DNA of 62,873 nt, the filler included, from Craspedostauros australis (Eukaryota), in NCBI GenBank assembly GCA_030167865.1. It is 7 parts of 7 records of this genome, joined end to end, with 100 filler letters (N's around TTAATTAATTAA, not from the genome) between each part and the next. Parts side by side here need not be neighbours in the genome. Positions count along the whole stretch, not along the records: positions 34,591 to 36,857 come from JALAGF010004460.1; positions 36,958 to 42,542 come from JALAGF010004461.1; positions 42,643 to 53,546 come from JALAGF010004462.1; 4 more parts are not named here. The stretch is one strand, 5' to 3'. The notes below the pieces were generated by a model that ran no database searches, had not been told where the DNA came from, and worked only from the letters and a program-made list of their open reading frames with translations. A program made the position numbers and the translations under genes. How positions within the stretch are numbered: the first letter of the stretch is position 1; each line of letters begins with the position of its first letter. This document shows, piece after piece, positions 35,471 to 46,401 of the stretch.

Positions 35471-36957
35471 TTGTCATCGCGGTTGCTCTGCCTCTTGGCA
35501 TCACCGCTATTCTTGCTTTTGCCTTTCGTTGTTGGCAAGCGTTGACCCGTCATCTCACTGTCGTGGACATCGCAGTTAGGACTGTTACTCCCGAACCGAT
35601 CGATCCGTAGTCAGTATCATCTCTCTCTCGCTGCTGTTGCCTTGTGCGCACTTATAACCGTTTTGGATACGGTGGCGGTCGTCGATGAGGCTCACAGCTT
35701 CATGGATGTCTTGAATCATCATCTTCATTGATGGCAAGGATACCTCCTGTTCCTCGTCTTTCGTCTTGAGCTTGGGAATGAAGCGATGTGGGACCTCCTG
35801 TCCAGCTTGTCGCAGCGATGTCCCTTCTCACCGAAGCACACACTTCCTGTGTTGCTATTGATTGTTGTTGTCGCCAATTCATGGCTGGTAGGTTACATCC
35901 TTACCTCCTTGATCATATCGCAGTAGGAATTGCAGCCAGCACTCGAGCTCTGTATCACACGATGGCCAACAGTGCCACGTGATCATCTCGATGCTTCCAT
36001 TGCTGCTCCTCGCATCACACTTGATGTGATGACAACGATGGGCCATGCCCATGCCTGCATATATCTTATTTGTTCTTTATCATATCCTTCCTTTCTGCAT
36101 GCTTAAGCTCGATGCGTCGCACATGCCATGTGCACGGACAATCCGCATCAGCGATCTACGTTGCTCCTCATCCATCTCGGCTTCGATGTCGACCGAGTGG
36201 TTCCGAGGCAGCTCCGCGCCTTGCAGGGGTAGGTAGGAAGCTCTCACCACTTCCTCGATTGCATCTCATTGAGCTCCATCAGCTATCTCGCCTTCATGGC
36301 GCAGTCTGCTGAGTCTGATGCGTCCGAGAGCGTCGCCTGCTGCGTTCAAATCTCTTCTCTTGCGCAGCTTGCTCTCGTGCTCCAACATAGCCGTGAAGGT
36401 CTCCATGTGCCTCCCTTGACTTCATGGTCGCATGACCATGGACAGTTCTTCCAATGCATGTGTNGAGCGCCTCCTTGCTTCCAGCAGTACATGCAGTGCT
36501 TGTGCTTACCTCAGCTGCGGTCTCCACTCTGCTGGTGGACTCGCGGTGGTGCTCGACTCGATCATCATCATCTCGACGTCGTCGTTCGTGTGTGGGTTGC
36601 CATGGCGGTCTGTTGGCAAGGAGCATCATGCTCCAGAGCGTCCTGCTCTCCTCTCTCTTGACACAGGGGACCATTACTTGTGATAGTCTTGGGTGTAGTT
36701 GATGGCCATGTCGACGATGGTGATGTTGGCTAGTGTTGGTGGTGGTGGTGGAAACGTTGGATTTCAATCATAACAGCGAGAATAGAGGGCAAATGAAGTC
36801 CGGTTGTGTTCGGCTTTGCCTTCCAGTGTCGGACTTTGGCAGGTCAAAAGGGGAAGTNNNNNNNNNNNNNNNNNNNNNNNNNNNNNNNNNNNNNNNNNNN
36901 NTTAATTAATTAANNNNNNNNNNNNNNNNNNNNNNNNNNNNNNNNNNNNNNNNNNNN

Positions 36958-38335
36958 GAATACGCAAGTTGTCCTTGTCCACATGGACGAAAAGTGGTTC
37001 TACTCTATTGTCGCTCGCAAGCATCTCAAACATGTGCCCCAAATGGGAGTTAAGCCTGTTGACCATGCTGTGCACCACAAGTGCCACATTGACAAGACCA
37101 TGGCGATTGCATCAACAGCATTTGCCCCAACAGACAACCGCTTTGAGCGAGGAGGAAAGGCGTATCGGGTGAACTTCGAGCGTGTTGGGCGCATGGTCCC
37201 AGCGCAGAAGACTACGTACAAGCGAACTTGGGTCTCGCCAACAGAGTACAGGTACATTCATGATAAGAACAAAATCTCTCGCAAGAAGGGTGAACTGTAC
37301 TTCCAAGCACTGGAGATCACAGGCAGCAAGGAATCAGTTGGTCCTCCTGAGAAGCCCAAGCCAAAGTATAGCCTCAAGAAATTCTTCCGCAAAAAAGAAA
37401 TCCCCGCACTGGATTCGCTCGCCAGCAAAATCAAGGCCGAAACGGGTAAGAACGTGGTGATTCGGTACCAGATGGATGGCGCGGGGCCACACAGAGACAC
37501 GGAACTACTTAGATTCATCAACGAGGAGTTCNACAGTCGCGGATGGCACTTACGACTGCAACCACCAAATTCTCCCATCACGAATGTGAAAGACGATGCA
37601 ATATTCCCAGCGATGTCGAAACACGTGTCAGCATATCAAGGTGAACACCATGGAAGCCAATTGCTTACCACTGAGGCATTGTGGAATGCTTGCGAAACCT
37701 GTTGGGAACAATTTGGACTGGACAAGCTGGCGCGTGCGTATGTTCGCCACCATCAGATCGCCTACGCAATTTGTGCTGCGGAAGGAGGTGACGAATTTGT
37801 GACGGAGCGCAAGGGACTGAGCATGAACGTGCGGAAACAAACGTTCACTGAAACTGACGAGGATGGCAACAAGATCGGTGTTACCGTGTCTCACACGGAC
37901 TTCGCGTTGGAGGAGGATGAGGCAACCAACGCAACCACCAAGAAACCAGCTGCAACAGGCAACAAAGGCAAATCAGCTGGCTTCAAATACACCAAGCCCG
38001 ACATCAAAGGTATGTACGATGATGCGCTCAAGGTGATGGCTATCAGTGGACTGCAGTGCCTGAAAACGAACCTGCCAACAACCAGCAGCCTCATTCCGTT
38101 GCTGGAGAAGCAAATCATTGAGACCATCAAATGTAACAAGGAGACTGAACAACAGAAGAAAGGCAAGAAGAAGAAGACGCCCAGGAAGAGCAAAGCCAAG
38201 TTCCTTGAGCCTCACAACAACAACAGCAACACCAAGGCAGCACTCACCATGAATACATTCGAAGTGGCCTGTCTGGCTGGCAAGGCCGAGCATCACAGCA
38301 AAGCAGAGGAGGATACCAACACAGCAGAGGTGTAG
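36958..38335 (+). mobile_element. Tc1/mariner transposase of the plant-mariner (DD39D-like) group, 5' truncated
   Basis: VHMDEKWFY, QMDGAGPH and QPPNSPITNVKD correspond to HIDEKWFY, QQDNAxPH and QPPNSPDLNVLD. Confidence 0.88.
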
Positions 38336-39092
38336 CTGCAAATCGAAGTAGTAGTAGTATATGTTATAGGCACACCTGTGATTGGAGTGCCTATGTGCGC
38401 ATCGTCTGCTTGATGGCATGGAGGATTGTGATGTGATGTGTGGTGTGATGTTTGTTTTGTGTGTTGTGTTTTGTGTTTTGTGATGAGTGGCGTGATTTTT
38501 GTGACGAGGACCGTTTTTTTTTCGTGTCGTGAATGGTGCGCATTGTGGAGCCATCGCGTTGTGTCGTGCCGCTCTGGTCGGAAAAATTCCAGCCGAACCA
38601 CACACAAAATACGCTCCAAGGCCTCAGCTGCGTCGATCGGAGCGCCAGCACAATCGGTGTGTGTCGCACAAACCAATCGAATGGCAAAGGCTCCTCTTTG
38701 TTGTCGCCGCACTTGTACATCTGTACCACATCGTACCATGCCAGTACTCCACTTCCTTTTCATCACACATGTGCAACCCTCGCGATCTTTGCTGCCATCA
38801 AGTCCACGCATCTGTACTCGTCACTGGAGCACCAACAATGCATCCTCTGATCATTCATCTCTGCTCGTGCCCTGCCGACGACACTGCCACTAGCACGATT
38901 GTCATGTATTGTTGGAGCAGAGTAGAGTAGAGTAGAGCAGATCGCAACGAATACACACCATACAATGCTCGTATGCTATACTATGCTGTGTTGTGATGTG
39001 ATGTGATGTGATGTGCCAGTGCAGCTCCTATAATACGTTACATACGACTATGCATTGTGCCCATTGCACCCACTGTACCTTTCTTGTGTAAT

Positions 39093-39345
39093 CTATCTAT
39101 TCCACCACATTTCGGAGGCATCCAAATCCCGAACGCTGGTGATCTTCTTCAGGCAAATCATGTTGTTGCGCTTGGTATCGTACGCGGTGTGATGGCTGGG
39201 TGACAGCCAGCTGACATCGACCTCGTCAAGTCCACATTCGATGAACCATTCCGTCGTCTGCGTGCTGAGAATGAAGACGCAGGATGCCCCCTCCTGCAGA
39301 CACAGGCATTCCAGATAGCCAAGCATGGCATCACCGAGTCCTCGT
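39093..39345 (-). pseudogene. argA: C-terminal GNAT fragment of amino-acid N-acetyltransferase (N-acetylglutamate synthase, ArgA type)
   Basis: GLGDAMLGYLECLC...VFILSTQTTEWFIECG.DEV.V..L.PS...YD..R resembles the ArgA C-terminus (LT T.T..WF.ERGF...LP..R...Y...R.S). Upstream sequence is not recognisably ArgA. Confidence 0.7.
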
Positions 39346-39837
39346 TGTAGTTCGCACATATCGTTTCCTCGATGAGCTGGCCTCGGACAGGACAAGTTTG
39401 AAGTACTCGGCGAGTTGTACGGCGAGAACGCCAGTGCCTTCGTATGGACTTCTGGACAGAGTGGTTGAGACTGCAGCCAAGTTGTGTGGTTCATCTTCGG
39501 ATATGCTCCCTTGAAGTCATGGGCGAAGGTACCATATCATGCTATATTAGCACATGGAAGTACGAGAATGCACAACCGGCAAGGCGCAGCACAGCACAGG
39601 ATGCAAACGATTGTTCCATGACTGTATTGTAACATGTATTTTATTCTTCGATCATCGTGCCATATGCAACAATGGAGTTGAGTTGAGCCATTCGTTCTTA
39701 ACATGGATTGCATCTGTGCTGTCTTGCCGCTGCGGAAGATGCGACCGTCTGATCATGCGCGTCGATGTGGACACATGCTGATGTTCGAACTCCCACTCCT
39801 GTTCGCACCCTGAGAGTGCGGTCTGCCATTTCATTTT

Positions 39838-42542
39838 TCAAGAGCATGCATCGTTATTTTGTCCAGGGCAGTCGTTGGATGGGCTGTCGATGGTGTAGGT
39901 CCGGCCAGGAGAGCCGCTGCATATGTCTGTCGCCATGCAGTCCTGGCAGCTGCTTGGAGCCGCGCAGGTGTTCGCCGCGATGACCAGATCATCAACCGCC
40001 GAGTTGGAGTTTGCAACACCGTTGCAGCTGTCTCGTGGCAAGCATGCGCCACTGTCGATGGTGATGCCACCGAGAGTCTTGAACGGGCCAGCGTGAACAT
40101 TCTGACAAGCACGTTGTCCCTGACAAGTGTTCATCCCCATGCTGATGTTGGCAAGCGCAGGTGTGGCAATACCGGGAGACTGGTCGGCGCGAATTCCAAG
40201 GCCTTTGCAGCTGTCCCCGCCATTTCATTCTGCGTGTTGGGTCCGGATGTTACCATAGATGTTCTGCCCAAGGTTCTCGCAGCTGTTTGTGCTGGTGCAT
40301 GCGGCTGGCCCAATGATGTGGTAGCCAATGGCGGCCGTGGTGGCGGGAGGGCTGGAAAAAGATCCAAGATTCTTGCAGGAATTTAGTCCGAGACAGCTGC
40401 CGAGGATGATGGCATTCTTTGAAACCCCTTCGCAGGAACTATCGCTTGCACATGAGTCCGGGGTGATGGTGATGATGTCGCTCCCGAGAGTGCAACCGAG
40501 AGTTCCTTGGCGGCAGGCCCCACCCACAGCACCGCATCTCATGGATAGGCTTGCGGCGTTCGCAGTGAGAAGGATGCCATCACCTTCGAGAGCGGTGAGG
40601 ATGGCTGTGATTGCTCGGGGGTCATTCTTGATGCGATCGAATCGTACCTGCGCCTGTTGCTGCGACGCCTGGCTGCCTTGGTCGTCATCGCATCCGGAGA
40701 TGCTTTTCACGAACCTGTCCTTGTTCGTTGGGGGAGACTCGATGTCGTTGACGAATTGTGTGCATGTGCCCACATCGTCATCGCAGAGGATGACTGGTCT
40801 GGAGGTGAAGCCCGCAGCAACCTCCCCAGCCTCATTCAAGCAAAGGGTCTGCAGGGTGGTCTTGTTGATGGTTGGGGAGTTTGTTGGAACAAAAGTTGAC
40901 AGATCAGATGGCTGCTCTGTCGGAATCATTGTTGGGGTATCGCTTGCCAGCGGAGAAGGGGGCGAAAGTTGGGCAATCTGTTGGGCGTTGGTCTTTGTTG
41001 ATGCAGAATTGATCGACCCTTTTCACTGGTTGGGTCGCCATCGACGTCTTTGGGGCAGGCGACGGCAGCATCGTAGATAATGAAGACTTCGTCGCTGTTG
41101 CAGTTGGTATTTGTCATGCATTCGTAGCACGCGCCACTGCTGTCACATCCATATTCTGGCACAATGATGTCAGTCGTCATTGAGTCACCGAATCCCAATC
41201 CTGCGCAAGCGTAGGCTGCGGCGCAGGCATTGTCGCCAATGATCAAGCTGCCCTGAATCTTCCCAGCTGACAGTGACGGTGTGCATGTGCAGTTGTAGTA
41301 AAAGCTCGCATGTGCTCCAGTGCATGCATACTCACCAAGGCATGCGTTGAACCCAATTCTGACGTGGCTCTGGGAACGGCTGGGCCTGTACTGTTCAACG
41401 CGGTAGCCATCGCCCGCATAGGCGTAGGGTCCAACGCAGGCGCCACTTTGTATGATGGCGTCTTCGTAGGAATATTCATCAGCAACGGTGCAGGAAAGAT
41501 AATCAGTGCAGACCAGTTGACCAATGAAGGTGGCACCGTACGTTGGGTGAGGACCATAGCAATCGGAAACATAAAGAGAGTTCACGTCGGCGCATGCCCC
41601 TTTGCTGGTACAGGATGAATCCAGGACCAATGGGTTTAGTCCCATCCTGTCGCAAGATCCAGACCCAATGCAGGCAGTGGTGGCAATGGTCATGAAACTG
41701 TAACCGTCGGCGCTGGTACAGTGATACTCCTCTGCACAGCATGGAGCCCCGGCGTCCTGGCACACGTAGTAGATGTCCTCGCCACCGAGAGCTGTGAGCA
41801 GAGTGGTGCCAGCGGCGGACAATAGCATCAGCTCCTCAGCTAGCAAGGGGTTGGATGCATATCAGTTGAATAGCTTGTGCGCATCCCCCTCGGTCAAGAG
41901 GCCAGCGCATGCGAAGCAATTCTGCAATCCTGGTGTGCTTTGAACAGCATTGACGACCTCGCGGCACGATGTCTTGGATGAATTGCAGATGATGGTCTTC
42001 GGCTCGGATGCCTCCGGCGGAAAGCATGGCGGCACAACATCTGGCTTGCAGGCCACGGAGATGCTGGAATCAAATGCAAACGAGATGGTCGTTGGTGCAG
42101 ATGTAGGCCCCGAGGTCGGCATGGAAGTTGGTCTGCTGGTTGGTCTGCTTGTTGGCTTGTTGGTCGGTGACGAGGTTGGATTGCTGGTCGCCGAGGCAAC
42201 TGGCTGCCCGGTTGGCCTCGAAGTTGGTGCCCCAGTTGGTGGCGAGGTTGGTGCAGAAGTCGGTGTGCTCGTCGGGATTCCGGTCGACGCAGTTGGTGCC
42301 GATGTGGGAGAGCTGGTAGGCGAACTGGTTGGTGCCACGCTGGGATTGCTGCTCGGATTGGTGGAGGGTGCTCCCGTCTGTTTGTTGCCCTTGAAGTTCT
42401 TTGGGGTGAAACCGCCGTCGCCCTTCAGCAGTCTGGTTGCCTGCATCGCGACATGAAGTTCGTCGGTTGGGTCAACCAATCTACGGCCGCGAAGGATGGC
42501 ATCGATCGTCTTGCATTCGGCGAGCAAGATCGCCGTGATGGT
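39838..42542 (-). pseudogene. Disrupted extracellular mucin-like (PTSxP) and Cys-rich (C-x4-[SA]-C) repeat protein
   Basis: PTSSPTSAPT stalk and two Cys-rich blocks (ACIGSGSC, ACLGEYAC, SCLGLNSC, TCQGQRAC). In-frame TGA at 41862-41864 and 40225-40227, frameshifts near 40950-41030. The 5' end is lost in a gap. Confidence 0.7.
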
Positions 42543-42642
42543 NNNNNNNNNNNNNNNNNNNNNNNNNNNNNNNNNNNNNNNNNNNNTTAATTAATTAANN
42601 NNNNNNNNNNNNNNNNNNNNNNNNNNNNNNNNNNNNNNNNNN

Positions 42643-45600
42643 CTGAGAGCCAACATCGAGCTTCTCCATGGTGGTTGGTTGAAGTGGTTTGAAGATTACT
42701 TGGGCCACCGAAACAAAACACCGAAGCGAATCACGGCATGTTCGTGGCTACCGCAGTATCATGATATGGGTCTGATCCAAATGGGCATTGCGCCATTGGC
42801 GGGTGCCTTTCGTCTCCACATGATATCACCGGTCTCGTTCATCCGCAACCCGTTGCTCTGGATTGACCTCATGTCGCAACACAAGTGCCACATCAGCGCC
42901 GCTCCCGACTTCGGTTATCGTCTTGTCGCGCGCAAGTTTAGCGAGGCGATGAGCAAACAAAACGGGCAAGCTCATCCCATCCCCAACCTTGACCTCTCCA
43001 GCGTGTATCATCTGCAGAACGCGGCGGAACCAACGCGGCTTGACACGGAAAAACACTTCTCTGACTCATTCTGTTCGTATGGCCTGCGCAAGGACTGGTT
43101 CCTCGCAGGGTATGGACTAGCAGAGAACGTTGTTGGTGTCAGCTACAATCACGGCTCTCATCTTTCCGCCATCCGCGAAGGTGAAGATCTTCAACCATTT
43201 ATCGCCATCGCACAACGCATCAATCTACACAGCTCCATCGACATCATCATCGTGGACCCAGACACCCGAGTACAACATCCCGACAACGTCACGGGAGAGA
43301 TCTGGATCACTGGGGCCTCTGTGACCGCTGGGTACTACAACCAAATCCAGCTCACCGTTGAAACTTTCCACGCAACTCTGCGAGAGGATTCATCATCCGA
43401 CACCAATGCCGATCGTAAGATGTACTTGCGGACTGGTGACTACGGATTCTTCCAAGATGATCACCTCTTCATTTGTGGACGCAAGAAGGACATCATCATC
43501 GTCAATGGTGTGAACTACTACCCGCAAGATGTCGAGCATGCCGTTGAAGAGGCATCATCTGCCGTCCGTCCAGGATGTGTCGCGGCATTCTCATCTGATG
43601 AAACCGGCAACGACGGACAGCTCGAGATCGTCTTTGAGATCCGGGGCAATCATGCAGATGATGCCGCAACAGTCTGTCAGGAGATCAGAAAGGCTGTGAT
43701 CGAGCAAATAGGATTGACACCTGTTACAATCGCAGCCATCAAGGAACGCACCATCTCCAAAACAACAAGTGGCAAGATCCAGAGACGCCAAAATCGCCAA
43801 CGTCTGCACGATGAAGACCAGAAAACGATCTTGAACTTCATCGCAAACCCAAATCCAACCTCCCAAATTGCGCAGGGTGACGGTGCCAAGTCGTCAATGC
43901 CAGCAACGATATTGACGAGGAACGCAGACCAAGACGAGGACCTCCAAAGTAAGACGTTCAATGAGATCATCACGAACGCAACGGGATCGCAAGTCAAGGG
44001 AGATGAAACGTGGGAGGACGTTGGGTTGTCATCTATGGGGGAGCTGGAGCTCCGGCAATCACTGTCAAAACGGTACAGCACCACCCTCCCTTCGAATTGT
44101 TTTGAGATGTTCTCAACGCTCATGGATCTCGAAACATTCCTCGAGACATCGCATGGAGAACCACTCCCAACGCGTCTCACGGCGCTCAAGAAGCTTACCA
44201 CCATGCGCAACGAGAAACGGTCCCCCCAAACAACATCCACCATCATCCAGGCCATCGGTGTGCTCATCATCCTCTTCATGTTCGCTTTGCCCATTATCCC
44301 AGCCTATGAAATCGGCAAAGTCCTGGCCAACGACAATCGCGCCCGCATTGTCTTCTTCATCGATTCGTCGGCTTTCATCTGGATGTGCTACCCGCTGGTG
44401 GTCCCATTCTGGATGATCATGCTCACGCTGGAGGTCATCCTGTCGAAGTGGATCATCATTGGCAGGTACCAAGAGGGATACACCAACCTCGCGTACTCCT
44501 ACTATCTTCGATGGTGGTTCGTGGACCGACTCGTGGATATGTGGGAGAACTTCGTCGGACGCTTCATCGTGGGCACACCATTGATGACAGCATTCTGCTA
44601 CCTCATGGGAGCGCATGTCCATCGTTCATGCAACATCGATTCATTCATTCGGGAGTTCGATCTGGCGAAGGTTGATGCCAATGCCTTGGTCAGCAAGCCG
44701 ATCCGTTGCCGAATGTTCGGACCATGGAAAGATGAAGAAGGTCCCAGCTTGCGGTTCCGCAAGATCCAGGTGGGATCGAATGCGACGATCAAGGGCATTC
44801 TCAGTCCAGGTGTCAAGGTCGGTTCCAACTGCTACGTGCAACACGTTTCTGTGCTGGTGGAGGGTGCCCAAGCACCGCCCAACACCGTCGTCCGAGGCAA
44901 TCCTGGATATGTCGAAAGCGCGGCAGTGTCACGTAGCCGCAACAGCAGTATCATTGACGACAGCGACGATGGTGACAATGACAACGACAGCGACAACAAC
45001 AACAACGACGATCCGCAACAAGCAGATACAAGCACAGCTGCAGACATTGCCGGAAGCGTAACGCCGAACGACAACGATGGCAGATGGATCATCCTGGGTG
45101 GCATGAAGATGGCATGGCTGCTCGTCGAGCTGTACATGACCTTCTGCTGCTTCCTGATCTCTGATATCTTGGTCCGCGATGACCTCCGAGACTGGAGATA
45201 CTCCAAACTGCAATATTGGGTTGTATCCATCGGCATGACATCAGTGCTGCTGGTGATATCCAGCATCATACTCAAGTGGGTGATGATCGGCAAGAAGAGA
45301 CCGGGCCAAGCGAGGACCGGTATCTGGAGTAAATTCGCAGACTGGGCATGCGACTATCACTTCGACCGAGCATGCTTCCTGCTCGACGGACTGACCACCA
45401 ATTCGATCATTTGGAACCTGGTCCACATGGCTCATGGATTGGACATCGATCTGCGATCAAAGATCTTCGGTGACAGCTTCCATCCATCCGGAGTCGACCT
45501 CATCACCATTCGACGATCGTTCGTATCCGTCGTCACCTTCCACATCCAGGAAAACGGCGAATACAGGAGAGTCGCGATCGAGGACAGCAGCATCGGGTTG

Positions 45601-46401
45601 CTGACTACCTGCGCGCTAGGGGTGACAGTCCGCAACGCTTTGGTCTCGCCGCAGACACACATCACAGAGAGCATCATCCATCCAAAGCCCGATCCGCGAA
45701 ACGAAAGAATATCAGATTTGAAATTGACCGGGATCATGGTGGCGAGCACATTGCTGTACGCTGTCACGCTGCTCGTTGCGGCAATCAGTTTCATCCCAGC
45801 CTTTGAGCTATGGATGAATGTGGTCAAGCCAAAGACATCATTCGAGGCGGCCCCATTGGTAGTGCTATCGGTCATCATCCAGACCATCGTGTGGACCATG
45901 CTCTTGCGTGTCCACATATTGATGACGTTCGCGGGAAGCCATGAGCGAACGACACCATGGTGCTTGCCGCTGTACATGGTGCACCAATCGTTCGCTTGCT
46001 CAGTCCATGTATGGTCGCTGTATCCCATCCTCTTGGGAACACCGATGATCAACAGCGTTCTTCGCTTTCACGGGGTCACCGTGGAAGGTCGCTTGCTCTA
46101 CTTCGGCTTTCGCCTCTACGAGCCGACGTACGTCACCTTCGCCGATGGATGCGTCGTTGATGAATGTTGGATCGTTGGTCACTGCGGCGTATTCTCCCGA
46201 CTGAGTTTGGGACAGTCGTACGTCAGCGGAGTGTTGCACCAACGTTGTGCTGTCATGATGGCAACCAAGACAGCAGCAACCGCGGACAATGCAAGGTTGG
46301 CTGAACACGGACCTCAGCATCTCCTCATGAAGTCGGACCAATCGCTGGGTGGAGGTCAAACGCAAACCTCCCAGGAGATGGTCCATTCAGATACAGCTTG
46401 A
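42643..46401 (+). CDS. FAAL-like adenylation domain + carrier (T/ACP) domain + Pls/PosA-type membrane terminal domain (NRPS-like), 5' truncated
   Basis: SWLPQYHDMGLI, GYGLAEN, GEIWITGASVTAGYY, YLRTGD, GRKKDIIIVNGVNYYPQDVE and KTTSGKIQRR. Carrier motif DVGLSSMG near 44020. Three TM-pair + beta-helix-like units follow (KWIIIGRYQEG..YLRWWFVDRL..GTPL..LMGAHV; KWVMIGKKRPG; LLGTPMIN..RFHGVTV). Confidence 0.9.
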   Translation: MRANIELLHGGWLKWFEDYLGHRNKTPKRITACSWLPQYHDMGLIQMGIAPLAGAFRLHMISPVSFIRNPLLWIDLMSQHKCHISAAPDFGYRLVARKFSEAMSKQNGQAHPIPNLDLSSVYHLQNAAEPTRLDTEKHFSDSFCSYGLRKDWFLAGYGLAENVVGVSYNHGSHLSAIREGEDLQPFIAIAQRINLHSSIDIIIVDPDTRVQHPDNVTGEIWITGASVTAGYYNQIQLTVETFHATLREDSSSDTNADRKMYLRTGDYGFFQDDHLFICGRKKDIIIVNGVNYYPQDVEHAVEEASSAVRPGCVAAFSSDETGNDGQLEIVFEIRGNHADDAATVCQEIRKAVIEQIGLTPVTIAAIKERTISKTTSGKIQRRQNRQRLHDEDQKTILNFIANPNPTSQIAQGDGAKSSMPATILTRNADQDEDLQSKTFNEIITNATGSQVKGDETWEDVGLSSMGELELRQSLSKRYSTTLPSNCFEMFSTLMDLETFLETSHGEPLPTRLTALKKLTTMRNEKRSPQTTSTIIQAIGVLIILFMFALPIIPAYEIGKVLANDNRARIVFFIDSSAFIWMCYPLVVPFWMIMLTLEVILSKWIIIGRYQEGYTNLAYSYYLRWWFVDRLVDMWENFVGRFIVGTPLMTAFCYLMGAHVHRSCNIDSFIREFDLAKVDANALVSKPIRCRMFGPWKDEEGPSLRFRKIQVGSNATIKGILSPGVKVGSNCYVQHVSVLVEGAQAPPNTVVRGNPGYVESAAVSRSRNSSIIDDSDDGDNDNDSDNNNNDDPQQADTSTAADIAGSVTPNDNDGRWIILGGMKMAWLLVELYMTFCCFLISDILVRDDLRDWRYSKLQYWVVSIGMTSVLLVISSIILKWVMIGKKRPGQARTGIWSKFADWACDYHFDRACFLLDGLTTNSIIWNLVHMAHGLDIDLRSKIFGDSFHPSGVDLITIRRSFVSVVTFHIQENGEYRRVAIEDSSIGLLTTCALGVTVRNALVSPQTHITESIIHPKPDPRNERISDLKLTGIMVASTLLYAVTLLVAAISFIPAFELWMNVVKPKTSFEAAPLVVLSVIIQTIVWTMLLRVHILMTFAGSHERTTPWCLPLYMVHQSFACSVHVWSLYPILLGTPMINSVLRFHGVTVEGRLLYFGFRLYEPTYVTFADGCVVDECWIVGHCGVFSRLSLGQSYVSGVLHQRCAVMMATKTAATADNARLAEHGPQHLLMKSDQSLGGGQTQTSQEMVHSDTA

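Noticed and set aside
35600..36857. Decayed coding-like sequence on the minus strand
   Set aside because: Too many stops to assign; possibly a TE or gene relic.
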